Source: a virus
Lineage: Duplodnaviria > Caudoviricetes
Virus record (IMG/VR): IMGVR_UViG_2687453531_000003
Span: 21,299-85,298 of that record
DNA: 64,000 bases
Strand: one strand, 5' to 3'
Below the pieces are notes generated by a model, which was not told the DNA's origin, made no database searches, and saw only the letters and a list, made by a program, of their open reading frames with translations. Positions 1 through 8,942 of this stretch are shown here, piece by piece (position 1 is the first letter of the stretch; the number at the start of each line of letters is the position of its first letter). The translations under genes were made by a program, and so were the position numbers.

Positions 1-1
1 T

Positions 2-94
2 GACGTCCTGGAACTGCCCGAGGTGCACCAGCGATACCATGACCGCGTGGCTGCCTACTGGACCCAGCGGGAGCGCCTGAAACAGGTCGCTTGA
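2..94 (+). CDS. 3' end of a probable Q-like late antiterminator (partial)
   Basis: Open frame DVLELPEVHQRYHDRVAAYWTQRERLKQVA*; sits directly before a promoter/terminator pair and the late genes; positional inference only. Confidence 0.45.
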   Translation, partial: DVLELPEVHQRYHDRVAAYWTQRERLKQVA

Positions 95-120
95 CGATTT
101 GGCGAGCATTTGGGTATCGT
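91..120 (+). promoter_or_regulatory. Putative late promoter (pR'-like)
   Basis: TTGACG (91-96), 18 nt, TATCGT (115-120), followed by a strong terminator about 40 nt downstream. Confidence 0.5.
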
Positions 121-161
121 TTTGCCACTGTGCACAGTTACACCCGCACGACCCAACAAGC

Positions 162-191
162 AAAAACCCCGGCCATCGAGCCGGGGTTTTT
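162..191. terminator. Bidirectional intrinsic terminator (tR'-like and hicAB terminator)
   Basis: AAAAACCCCGGC-catcga-GCCGGGGTTTTT perfect inverted repeat with a T tract on both strands. Confidence 0.85.
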
Positions 192-195
192 CGTT

Positions 196-897
196 TCAGC
201 GCGAGGCGCTTCGGGGGCCTGACGTTGTCTCCAGCCAGAAGCTGAAGTAGCCGCGGGACTGGATCGCGTTCACCGCTTCCTCCACGTTCCACATCGCGTA
301 CCTGGCACCGACTTCGAATTCGTCGATCGAATCTTCGATCCTGCAGGGTGCTTCCTGCAGCCATTCGTACTGACGTGGAAGCGCCTTCGGGTCAGCGTCC
401 CCAGGAATCACCAGAACACGGCCTCGCGCCGTATTGGCTATGTACCGGAGCTTGACCACCTGGTTGCCGTAATAGGTGCGGACGCTGAGCTTCGTGTCCA
501 GGGCGGCAAGGGCCTGTTCAAGCGCTTCCATCTTGGTGTTGTGAAGGAAGTCCACCAGGCGATCACCCTGGGTCTGGGCGATTCCCAGGAGCTTGCACAG
601 GTCAGACTTGCGCATTCCGCGCTTCATCATCTCGTTCCACAGCGCGATCTTCGCCACGGTGACGGCCGGCAGATGCACGACGTGTTCGCCTTCCTCTGGC
701 GGAGTTGCTTCCGGGATCGGCTTGCGCGCATCAACGTAGAGCGACAGGGTCGTCTCGATGGCGTCCAGCGCCTCACGGATCGCGTGCTCGCGGTCGTCAC
801 CGAAGCTGTTCAGCTCCGGCAGGTCTCGGCAGAAAACGGCGACGCCAGGCGCGCTGTCGTCCTGTTCGAATCGGATTGCATAGTCGTACATGGTCAC
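196..897 (-). CDS. hicB: HicB antitoxin with a ~90-aa C-terminal extension
   Basis: N-terminal FCRDLPELNSFGDDREHAIREALDA HicB motif, then an HTH; directly downstream of hicA. Confidence 0.88.
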   Translation of the reverse strand: MTMYDYAIRFEQDDSAPGVAVFCRDLPELNSFGDDREHAIREALDAIETTLSLYVDARKPIPEATPPEEGEHVVHLPAVTVAKIALWNEMMKRGMRKSDLCKLLGIAQTQGDRLVDFLHNTKMEALEQALAALDTKLSVRTYYGNQVVKLRYIANTARGRVLVIPGDADPKALPRQYEWLQEAPCRIEDSIDEFEVGARYAMWNVEEAVNAIQSRGYFSFWLETTSGPRSASR

Positions 898-936
898 TCC
901 TCGGGGTGATCGTTCAGCGTGCAGGCGAGGGGGCTC

Positions 937-1119
937 TTAGAGCCCCAGTTGCTTGATGATCGCCTTGCGGGTCGGTTCAGGCATTTCTTTAGCTCCGTGG
1001 TCCGCGAAGGTGGTCGTTTTGCCGTTCGGGGCGGTGATCTTGAAGTGGCTTCCCTTGCCGGCTTCGAAGGTCACCCCTTGGGCCCTCAACCATCGTCTGA
1101 ATTCGCTGAACTTCATCAC
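937..1119 (-). CDS. hicA: HicA mRNA interferase toxin
   Basis: 60 aa, basic, GKGSH catalytic motif, ends IIKQLGL. Confidence 0.92.
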   Translation of the reverse strand: MMKFSEFRRWLRAQGVTFEAGKGSHFKITAPNGKTTTFADHGAKEMPEPTRKAIIKQLGL

Positions 1120-1145
1120 CTCGTCTCTGTTGTTCGGATGGGTCC

Positions 1146-1187
1146 ATTATACAACAGATTTGTGGTATTACAACACTTTTGTGGTAT
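1146..1187 (-). promoter_or_regulatory. hicAB promoter with two tandem palindromic operators
   Basis: Minus strand TTGTAA-16 nt-TATAAT; overlapped by ATACAACAgattTGTGGTAT (1149-1168) and TTACAACActttTGTGGTAT (1168-1187). Confidence 0.7.
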
Positions 1188-1201
1188 TTGGAGATTGCCC
1201 C

Positions 1202-1582
1202 ATGTCCGAAAGCGGAGCCATCGCAGTAGCTGGCGCCGTCGGATTCGGCGGCGGCTACCTGCTGGGCGTCGACATCAACGCCATCATCGGTGCCTTTGCT
1301 GGCGCCATGTTCTTCGTGGTCCAGGCGAAAGACCTCTCGGTCTTCTCCCGCGTCGGGTACTTCCTGGTGTCCTGGATCTTCGGCTACTACATCGCCGGCG
1401 AGTTCGTCGGTAAGCAGTGGGTGGAGACTTCTGGCCTTGTGGCCGGCGTCGGCGCCCTGTTGTGCGTCTATTTGGGCATCAGCTTGCTGGAGTGGGTGCA
1501 GGGGGGGAAGACGCCGGGTTGGTTCCGCTTCATTGCGGGCCGCTTTGGAGGTCGAGATGATCGAGATGGCCGTAATGGTTGA
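1202..1582 (+). CDS. Putative holin
   Basis: GGAG RBS, ATG 1202, several transmembrane segments, charged C-terminus. Confidence 0.75.
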   Translation: MSESGAIAVAGAVGFGGGYLLGVDINAIIGAFAGAMFFVVQAKDLSVFSRVGYFLVSWIFGYYIAGEFVGKQWVETSGLVAGVGALLCVYLGISLLEWVQGGKTPGWFRFIAGRFGGRDDRDGRNG

Positions 1583-1907
1583 TCCGTGGTCCCTGGTCGC
1601 TGCAGTGATCTGCAGCGCGATCTGTGTGCGCATCGCCAGCTACCGCCGGCAGGGTGCACGCTACCGTGCTGGCGTTTCGCTACTGGCTTACCTGCTGTCC
1701 GTTGGCTCGGGCTGCTACTCCCTCACGTTCTTCCTCGACACGCTGCGCGGGAACTACCACCCGGCACTATCTCCCTGGCTGCTGATCATCCTGATCGTGC
1801 TGGCCGTTCTGGTCTTCAAGGCGCGCGGCAACGTTGCGCGAATCATCCGTATCGACTGGAGCGACCACTGGGACGGGGCAGAGCGGAGAGGAAAGGGCCG
1901 CATCTGA
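1575..1907 (+). CDS. Phage holin family protein (DUF754-like)
   Basis: Three hydrophobic segments, YRRQGARYR and ARGNVA motifs, homologous to 56829-57101. Confidence 0.75.
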   Translation: MVDPWSLVAAVICSAICVRIASYRRQGARYRAGVSLLAYLLSVGSGCYSLTFFLDTLRGNYHPALSPWLLIILIVLAVLVFKARGNVARIIRIDWSDHWDGAERRGKGRI

Positions 1908-1923
1908 GTGCGGCCCCTTTTGA

Positions 1924-2136
1924 TCAGACGTTCCTCAGCGCGGCTTGGATGTTGTCCGCAATCACATTGAGGTCCTCGGAAGCGTCGGTGACAGTGCGAT
2001 TAGTGGCTCCGGAGAGCTTCACTGCTACTAATTCAGCAGCAGCAGCAACGGCGTGCGCCCGGCGGCATTGGGGATCGTCATGGCTCCATTCGGATGCATT
2101 GACGATGGACTGAGCGAGAGAAGAGAGAGACATCAC
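1924..2136 (-). CDS. Small hypothetical protein, antisense-oriented moron
   Basis: 70-aa ORF with AAGGAAG RBS filling the gap between holin and terS; lower GC. Confidence 0.6.
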   Translation of the reverse strand: MMSLSSLAQSIVNASEWSHDDPQCRRAHAVAAAAELVAVKLSGATNRTVTDASEDLNVIADNIQAALRNV

Positions 2137-2232
2137 AGCTTCCTTTTGTTGATGGTGAGAAATGGATGTGATGTCGAAATGATGCCTTTCAAGCCCACAC
2201 TGAGAAAATAGTCTTCATCAAGGTGCGACAAG

Positions 2233-2829
2233 ATGGCGCTGAACAAGAAGCGGCGCCGGTTCGTCGAGGAGTACTTGGTCGACCTCAACGCGACGCAGGC
2301 AGCAATCCGCGCTGACTACAGCGTTAGGCGAGCGGCAGAAATCGGTTACGAGCTGCTCCGTGTACCCGAGGTGGCCGAAGCGATCGCCCAGGCCATGGCG
2401 GAGCGGTCGAAGCGCACTGAGGTCTCAGCCGACTACGTCGTCCGGCGCCTGCGCGAGATCGACGAGATGGACGTACTCGACATCCTCGAGGATGACGGAT
2501 CGTTCCGGTCGATCCGCGACTGGCCCAAGGCCTGGCGCCAGTTCCTGTCCGGCATCGAGATCGCCGAGTTGTTCGAGGGCCGCGGTGACGACCGCCGCAT
2601 CGCTGGCGTGCTCCGCAAGGTCAAGTGGCCGGACAAGCTCCGCAACCTGGAGCTGCTGAGCCGGCACGTCGGCACCGAGTCGGCTGCGCTGGACCTGGAG
2701 CTCAAGCGCCTGGACGTGGCGAAGAAGCGCGCCGAGTTGAAGTTGCTGGAAAACCCCGAGGACGAAGCGCCGCCGACCAGCATCGCGGTGACCATCATCG
2801 ATGCGAGGGTGCGCGATGCCGACGCTTAA
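2233..2829 (+). CDS. terS: Terminase small subunit
   Basis: RFVEEYLVDLNATQAAIRA motif. Confidence 0.93.
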   Translation: MALNKKRRRFVEEYLVDLNATQAAIRADYSVRRAAEIGYELLRVPEVAEAIAQAMAERSKRTEVSADYVVRRLREIDEMDVLDILEDDGSFRSIRDWPKAWRQFLSGIEIAELFEGRGDDRRIAGVLRKVKWPDKLRNLELLSRHVGTESAALDLELKRLDVAKKRAELKLLENPEDEAPPTSIAVTIIDARVRDADA

Positions 2830-4102
2830 CGTGCCTCAGGCAAAGTTCCTGGCGCTTCCGCACAAGTTCTGCGGCTTTGTCGCTGGGTTCGGCTCCGGCA
2901 AGACGTGGGTGGGCTGCTCAGGCCTCGCCCAACACGCTTGGGAGTGGCCGCGCATCAACGCCGGCTACTTCGCGCCGACCTACGCCCAAATCCGCGACAT
3001 CTTCTATCCGACGATGGAGGAGGTGGCCTTCGACTGGGGGCTGCGGACCAAGATCAATCAGGCGAATCACGAGGTTCACCTCTACAGCGGCAGCGCCTAC
3101 CGCACGACGATCATCTGTCGCTCCATGGAGAAGCCGCAGACCATCGTCGGCTTCAAGGTCGGCCGGTCCCTGGTGGACGAGCTCGACGTACTGTCGCTGA
3201 TCAAGGCCCAGCAGGCCTGGCGCAAGATCATCGCGCGGATGCGCTACAAGGTGGACGGCCTGCGCAACCGTGTCGACGTCACCACCACCCCGGAGGGCTT
3301 CAAGTTCGTATTCCAGCAGTTCGTGAAGCAGTTGCGCGAGAAGCCGCACCTGCAGGACCTGTATGGCCTGGTCCAGGCCAGCACCTACGACAACGAGGCG
3401 AACCTTCCGGACGACTACATCGATTCCCTGATGGAGTCGTACCCGCCGCAACTGATCGCGGCGTACCTGCGCGGCCAGTTCGTCAACCTGACGTCGGGCA
3501 CCATCTACACCGCCTACGACCGCACTCTCAACGCCTCGCAGGAGACGGTTCAGCCAGGCGAGCCGATATTCGTGGGTATGGACTTCAACGTCGGCAAGAT
3601 GGCCGCCGTCGTGCATGTGAAGCGCCTGGGCCTGCCGCACGCGGTCGACGAGATCGTCAACGGGTACGACACCCCGGACATGATCCGCCAGATCAAGGAG
3701 CGGTTCTGGCTGTACGCCGACGGCGACTATCGGCCGACCCGCCAGATCAGGATCTACCCCGACGCCTCCGGCGACTCTCGCAAGTCCGTCCGGGCCAGCG
3801 AGACCGATATCGCGCTGCTCAAGCAGGCCGGCTTCGTCGTATCGGCTCCGGCCGCCAACCCGCCGGTCAAGGACCGGATCAACTCCATGAACGCCATGTT
3901 CTGCAACGCCAAGGGCGAGCGACGGTATCGGGTCAATCCCGACCGCTGCCCGACCTACGCCGATGCCCTGGAACAGCAGGTGTGGGGCGCCAACGGTGAG
4001 CCGGACAAGTCCGCCGACATCGATCACCCCAATGACGCGGGTGGCTATTTCATCCACAAGGAATACCCGATCACGAAGTATTCCCTCGCAGGTGTTTCCT
4101 AA
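2816..4102 (+). CDS. terL: Terminase large subunit
   Basis: Walker A GFGSGKT, Walker B LVDE, TTTPEG, nuclease GMDFN and DHPNDA. Confidence 0.95.
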   Translation: MPTLNVPQAKFLALPHKFCGFVAGFGSGKTWVGCSGLAQHAWEWPRINAGYFAPTYAQIRDIFYPTMEEVAFDWGLRTKINQANHEVHLYSGSAYRTTIICRSMEKPQTIVGFKVGRSLVDELDVLSLIKAQQAWRKIIARMRYKVDGLRNRVDVTTTPEGFKFVFQQFVKQLREKPHLQDLYGLVQASTYDNEANLPDDYIDSLMESYPPQLIAAYLRGQFVNLTSGTIYTAYDRTLNASQETVQPGEPIFVGMDFNVGKMAAVVHVKRLGLPHAVDEIVNGYDTPDMIRQIKERFWLYADGDYRPTRQIRIYPDASGDSRKSVRASETDIALLKQAGFVVSAPAANPPVKDRINSMNAMFCNAKGERRYRVNPDRCPTYADALEQQVWGANGEPDKSADIDHPNDAGGYFIHKEYPITKYSLAGVS

Positions 4103-5910
4103 TGGGCGTAAGGCGCTTCCTCACTGACAAGCTGGTCAACTTCGTGGCCAACTTGGGCACGGAGCGAGACAAGGCCGCCGGCAACTTCTACGCGCCGGTC
4201 GTGCTCACCGATGAGCAGTTGCACAACGCGTATCGCGGCGCCTGGTTCCCGCGCAAGGTGGTCGATATCCCGGCGAAGGATGCGACCAGGCGTTGGCGGG
4301 CATGGCAAGCCAGCAAGGCGCAGATCGAGAAGATCGAGGCCGAGGAGAAGCGCCTTCAGGTCCAGGCTCGCACCAAGGACGCTCTGTCCAAGGCGCGGCT
4401 CTGGGGTGGCGCAGCGATCTTTATCGGCACGGGCGACATCGACACCAGCAAGCCGCTGGTGCCTGATCGGGTCAAGGCCGGCGGCATCAAGTATCTGACG
4501 GTGATGAGCCGGCGCGACCTGTCGGCCACTGAGTTGGATCGCGACGTCATGTCACCGAACTACGGCAAGCCCAAGGCCTACCGGCTCGGCGGCAGCGCGA
4601 TCGAGATTCACCCGTCCCGGCTGGTGATCTTCACCGGAGCTGATATCCCCGACCAGGACCTGGCCAGTGGCAATCAGTTCGGCTGGGGAGACTCGGTCCT
4701 GCAGGCCGTGTTCGAGGCCATCCAACAGATCGACAGCACCATGGCCAACGTGGCCAGCCTCATCTTCGAAGCGAAGGTCGACGTGATCCGTATCCCCGAC
4801 TTCATGCAGGGGATGCAGGACCCGAAGTACGAGAAGCTGGTGCTGGAGCGCATGCGTCTGGCGGCCATGGCGAAGGGAATCAATGGCACCCTGATGCTGG
4901 ACAAGGACGAGGAGTACGACAGCAAATCCGCGAACTTCGGCACGCTGCCGGACATCATGGACCGCTTCATGCAAGCGGGCTGCGGCGCTGCCGATATTCC
5001 GGCAACGCGCATGCTCAGCCAGTCACCCGCCGGCATGAACTCCACTGGTGAGGCCGACCTGCGTAACTACTACGACCGCATCCAGTCCAGCCAGGAGTTG
5101 GACATCACGCCGGCCATGTCGGTGCTGGACGAGTGCCTGGTGCGGTCCGCGCTGGGCAGCCGACCGCCGGAGATCCATTACGTCTGGAACAGCCTCTGGC
5201 AGACCACGGCGAAGGAGCGGGCGGACATCGGGAAGATCACCGCCGAGACTATCAAGACCATCGCCGAGACAAGGCTCTTCCCCGAGGACGCGCTCAGCAA
5301 GGCTGCCGAGACCCTGCTGGTCGAGAACAGCGTGATGCCCGGTCTGGAGTCGGCGCTGGAGGAGTTCGGCTCCGAAGTGCCCGAGGGCGAGCAGGACGAG
5401 GAGGGTGGCAACGGATCGTCCAGCCAGGCGCTGAACGACGCGGCACCTCGCACGCTGTACGTCTCGCGCCGGGTGCTGAACGCCGGCGCGATCATTGACT
5501 GGGCTAAGGACCAGGGCTTCGAGACCACGCTCCCGGCCGACGACCTGCACGTCACCATCGCCTACAGCCGGACGCCCGTCGACTGGATGAAGGTCACCCA
5601 GGCCTGGACGGTCAAGCCGAACGGAAACCTGACCTGTTCCGCCGGCGGCCCGCGCCTGGTCGAGCAGTTCGGCAAAGGGGCCGTGGTTCTGCTGTTCAAC
5701 TCCTCTGACCTGACCTGGCGGCACGTCGAAATTCGCGATGCCGGCGCCAGTTGGGACTGGCCGGACTACCAGCCACATATCACATTCACCTACCAGCCCG
5801 GCAGCGTCGACCTTGACCAGGTTGAGCCGTACCGCGGCGTCATCGAACTCGGCCCGGAGGTCTTCGAGGAGATCGACGGGGGCTGGGCGGATCGCCTCGA
5901 CGAGGAATAA
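4102..5910 (+). CDS. Portal protein (DUF1073-type) fused to a C-terminal Acb1-like 2H phosphoesterase
   Basis: Portal motifs (KVVDIPAKDATR, IHPSRL, GEADLRNYYD) after terL; C-terminal ~155 aa with LHVTIAYSR and YQPHITFTY. Confidence 0.88.
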   Translation: MGVRRFLTDKLVNFVANLGTERDKAAGNFYAPVVLTDEQLHNAYRGAWFPRKVVDIPAKDATRRWRAWQASKAQIEKIEAEEKRLQVQARTKDALSKARLWGGAAIFIGTGDIDTSKPLVPDRVKAGGIKYLTVMSRRDLSATELDRDVMSPNYGKPKAYRLGGSAIEIHPSRLVIFTGADIPDQDLASGNQFGWGDSVLQAVFEAIQQIDSTMANVASLIFEAKVDVIRIPDFMQGMQDPKYEKLVLERMRLAAMAKGINGTLMLDKDEEYDSKSANFGTLPDIMDRFMQAGCGAADIPATRMLSQSPAGMNSTGEADLRNYYDRIQSSQELDITPAMSVLDECLVRSALGSRPPEIHYVWNSLWQTTAKERADIGKITAETIKTIAETRLFPEDALSKAAETLLVENSVMPGLESALEEFGSEVPEGEQDEEGGNGSSSQALNDAAPRTLYVSRRVLNAGAIIDWAKDQGFETTLPADDLHVTIAYSRTPVDWMKVTQAWTVKPNGNLTCSAGGPRLVEQFGKGAVVLLFNSSDLTWRHVEIRDAGASWDWPDYQPHITFTYQPGSVDLDQVEPYRGVIELGPEVFEEIDGGWADRLDEE

Positions 5911-5912
5911 CG

Positions 5913-7034
5913 ATGCTTCTTCATGACTCCGTGTCGGTGTCCGGCGTTCGCCGGACCGCTGACGGCTACCTCGTGGCCGATGCCCGGGTAGCGCGCACTG
6001 GCATCCAGGAATACCTGGGTTCCGAGGTCGGCAAGCCCGACATACCCATTGTCCGCGTGTACCGGCCACCGGAATCGGTTTTCGCCGAGGACGCCATGCG
6101 CTCCTACGCCTACCGTCCCATGACCAACGGCCACCACGGCGAGGTCACCGCTGAGAACTGGAAGCAGCTCGCCATCGGCCAGACCGGCTCGGAGGTCCTG
6201 CGAGACGGCGACTTCGTGCGCGTGCCTCTGGTGTTGATGGATGCCGATGCGATCCGCGACTACGAGGCAGGAAAGCGCGAGCTATCCATGGGGCTCGAGG
6301 CAGAGGTCATTTTCGAGGATGGGGTGACCCCCACCGGCGAGACCTACGACGCCCGGCTTGGCCCGATGCGAATGAACCACCTCGCTCTGGTCGATCACGC
6401 CAGGGGCGGCGAGCAACTGCGCATCGGGGATTCGCGCACCCCCGGCGCCAAGAAACCTGCGCAAACAACCCCCACAGGAGGCCATGACATGGCTGATGCA
6501 CTCCGCAAACTCCTGGTCGATGGCCTCACGATCGAGACCACCGAGCAGGGCGCCCAGGTCGTCGAGAAGCTGCAGAAGCAACTCGGCGACGCCGGGGCGA
6601 ACCTCAAGACCATCCAAGACGCCCACGCCACCGCGATGGCAGCGAAAGACGCCGAACTGGCGAAGAAGGACGCCGAAATCGATGGGCTGAAGGCCAAGGT
6701 ACTGAGCGACGCCGACATCGACAAACTGGTGCGTGAGCGCGCCGACCTGATCGCCAGCGCGATGCTGATCGCTGACGGCGACTATGCCGGCAAGTCCGCC
6801 GCCGAGATCCGCAAGGCGGCTGTCGTGGCCAAGCTGGGCGACGCCGCCATCAAGGACAAGCCGGAGGCGTACATCGCCGCCCGATTCGACATCCTGCTCG
6901 AGGATGCCGCCAGTAACGACCCGGTGCGTGTCCATCTGAAGCAACAGGACAGCAAGCCGACGAACCCGGCTGACAACGGTCAGGCGGCCTACGAGGCCCG
7001 TGTTAACGGCGCCTGGAAAGGAGGTGACAAATAA
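5913..7034 (+). CDS. DUF2213 prohead protease/scaffold
   Basis: ARTGIQEY, RELSMG and NHLALVDHARGG motifs, then a coiled-coil scaffold. Confidence 0.85.
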   Translation: MLLHDSVSVSGVRRTADGYLVADARVARTGIQEYLGSEVGKPDIPIVRVYRPPESVFAEDAMRSYAYRPMTNGHHGEVTAENWKQLAIGQTGSEVLRDGDFVRVPLVLMDADAIRDYEAGKRELSMGLEAEVIFEDGVTPTGETYDARLGPMRMNHLALVDHARGGEQLRIGDSRTPGAKKPAQTTPTGGHDMADALRKLLVDGLTIETTEQGAQVVEKLQKQLGDAGANLKTIQDAHATAMAAKDAELAKKDAEIDGLKAKVLSDADIDKLVRERADLIASAMLIADGDYAGKSAAEIRKAAVVAKLGDAAIKDKPEAYIAARFDILLEDAASNDPVRVHLKQQDSKPTNPADNGQAAYEARVNGAWKGGDK

Positions 7035-7489
7035 TGCCCGCCGTTCAAACCACCTACAGCGCGAACATCCGCCCCGGCCTGCCGGGAATGATCGTCGACG
7101 AAGTCCCGAAGACCCTGATCTCTCGCACTGTCGAGGCCTCTGCTGGCCTGGCGTTCGGCATCCCGGTCATGCAGGGAACCGCCGACAAGGCCGGCCGTGC
7201 GCCGACTACTGGCGATACCGCCGCGAAGTTCGTCGGCATCAGCGTCCGCGACCGCTCCGTCAAGGCCGAGGCTAACCAGTACAGCCAGTACGAGTCGGCC
7301 CGCGTCATGACCGAGGGCGCTATCTGGGTGACCGCTTCCGTGCAGGTTGCCGCAGGCGATCCGGTCTACTTCGTGCCGGCCACCGGCGCCTGGACCAACG
7401 TCGCGACCGACAACGTGCAGGTCGCCGGGGCGCGCTTCGACACCAGCACCACTGGCACCAATCAACTCGCTCAAGTCCGCCTGGGCTAA
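7034..7489 (+). CDS. Head decoration/cement protein
   Basis: 151 aa between scaffold and capsid; VMTEGAIWV motif. Confidence 0.7.
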   Translation: MPAVQTTYSANIRPGLPGMIVDEVPKTLISRTVEASAGLAFGIPVMQGTADKAGRAPTTGDTAAKFVGISVRDRSVKAEANQYSQYESARVMTEGAIWVTASVQVAAGDPVYFVPATGAWTNVATDNVQVAGARFDTSTTGTNQLAQVRLG

Positions 7490-7498
7490 GGAGAAACC

Positions 7499-8428
7499 AT
7501 GAGCCGATTCAAGCTGCTCGACGCCCAGGCCGCCCTGGGCTTCGTGGTCTCGCAGACCACCTACATCGAGCGCCAGGTCAACGAGATCGTCTACCCGGAT
7601 ATCCAGTATCCGCAACTGATCCCGGTCGATACCTCCGCTCCCGAGTGGATCAAGAGCATCACCTACTACTCGGCCGACAAGGTCGGTCGGGCCGACTGGA
7701 TCAACGGCAACGCCGATGACATCCCGCTGGCCAGCACTGATCGCTCGAAGTTCGAGACCCAGGTTCACATGGCAGGTATCGGCTACGGCTACGGCCTGGA
7801 GGAGATCAGCCAGGCGCAGATGCTCGGCATCAACCTGACTGCTGACGACGCCATGGCCGCACGCCGCGCCTACGAGGAGATGGTGGACCGTGTCGCGCTG
7901 CTGGGCGACAGCTCCAAAGGATTCTCTGGCCTGTTCAACTTCCCAGGCGTCACCGCTGGTACCGCAGTGACCGGCAACTGGTCCACCGCGACCGCCGACC
8001 AGATCCTGGCAGACGTGAACACCGCGCTTACCGTGCAGGCACAGGGCACGCTGTTCACGGCGTTCTCTGACACCCTGTTGCTGCCGTACAGCAAGTTCTT
8101 GCTGCTGGCTACCCGCAAGGTGAACGAGCAGGGCCTGGAATCGATTCTGACCTACCTGCAGCGCAACAACGTGTACACCGCCCAAACCGGCCGACCTCTC
8201 CTGATCAAGGGGTTGAATGGCCTGGATACCGCCGGCGCTGGCGGCACTGCGCGCATGATCACTTACCGCCGTGATCCTTCGGTGTTGAAAATGCACATCC
8301 CGATGCCGCATCGCTTCCGCCCGGTGTACCAGGCCGGCCCGATCCGTTGGGAAGTTCCCGGCATCTTCCGCCTCGGTGGCGTGGATATCCGTCGTCCGGC
8401 GGAAGTCCGCTACACCGACGGCATCTGA
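7499..8428 (+). CDS. Major capsid protein (DUF2184-type)
   Basis: Strong RBS, 309 aa, GFSGLFNFPGV and GGVDIRRPAEVRYTDGI. Confidence 0.88.
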   Translation: MSRFKLLDAQAALGFVVSQTTYIERQVNEIVYPDIQYPQLIPVDTSAPEWIKSITYYSADKVGRADWINGNADDIPLASTDRSKFETQVHMAGIGYGYGLEEISQAQMLGINLTADDAMAARRAYEEMVDRVALLGDSSKGFSGLFNFPGVTAGTAVTGNWSTATADQILADVNTALTVQAQGTLFTAFSDTLLLPYSKFLLLATRKVNEQGLESILTYLQRNNVYTAQTGRPLLIKGLNGLDTAGAGGTARMITYRRDPSVLKMHIPMPHRFRPVYQAGPIRWEVPGIFRLGGVDIRRPAEVRYTDGI

Positions 8429-8440
8429 CGGGGGTGGACT

Positions 8441-8884
8441 ATGGCGCTCATCACCAATACCAACCGCATCACCCCCATCGGCCTGCCGAGCGGCGTGGTC
8501 ATCCCGCCGGGCGCGTCTGTTGACGTGCCCGAGTGGGACGAGATCAAGGACCGCAAGAACCTTGCCTTCTACGTGCTCACCGGCGTGCTGGTGGTCGAAG
8601 GCGGCGAGGGCGGAGACGACCAGGGCGGCGAAGAGGCGTACCGCCAGCAACTGTTCGCCGAGCTGAAGGCCCTGGGCGTGAATGCCGGCGCCAACAGCAA
8701 GACCGAGACCCTGGTTTCGAAACTGGCAGAGGTCAAGGCCAAGGCCACGCTGCCCGCTGACGAAGCGGCTCAGAAACAAGCGCTGATCGAGCAACTGGCC
8801 GCCCTCGGAGTGCCGGCTGGTCCTGATGCCTCCCTGGAAGAACTCCAGAAGGCCCTGGCCGACAAGCAGGCCGAGCAGCAGTAA
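8441..8884 (+). CDS. Hypothetical head-region protein with two short helical repeats
   Basis: QLFAELKALGVNAGANSKTETL and ALIEQLAALGVPAGPDASLEEL. Confidence 0.7.
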   Translation: MALITNTNRITPIGLPSGVVIPPGASVDVPEWDEIKDRKNLAFYVLTGVLVVEGGEGGDDQGGEEAYRQQLFAELKALGVNAGANSKTETLVSKLAEVKAKATLPADEAAQKQALIEQLAALGVPAGPDASLEELQKALADKQAEQQ

Positions 8885-8942
8885 TACCCGCCTCACGGAT
8901 GGTCGACCGGGCCAGGATGGCCCACCTATTCGAGGATTCTGC

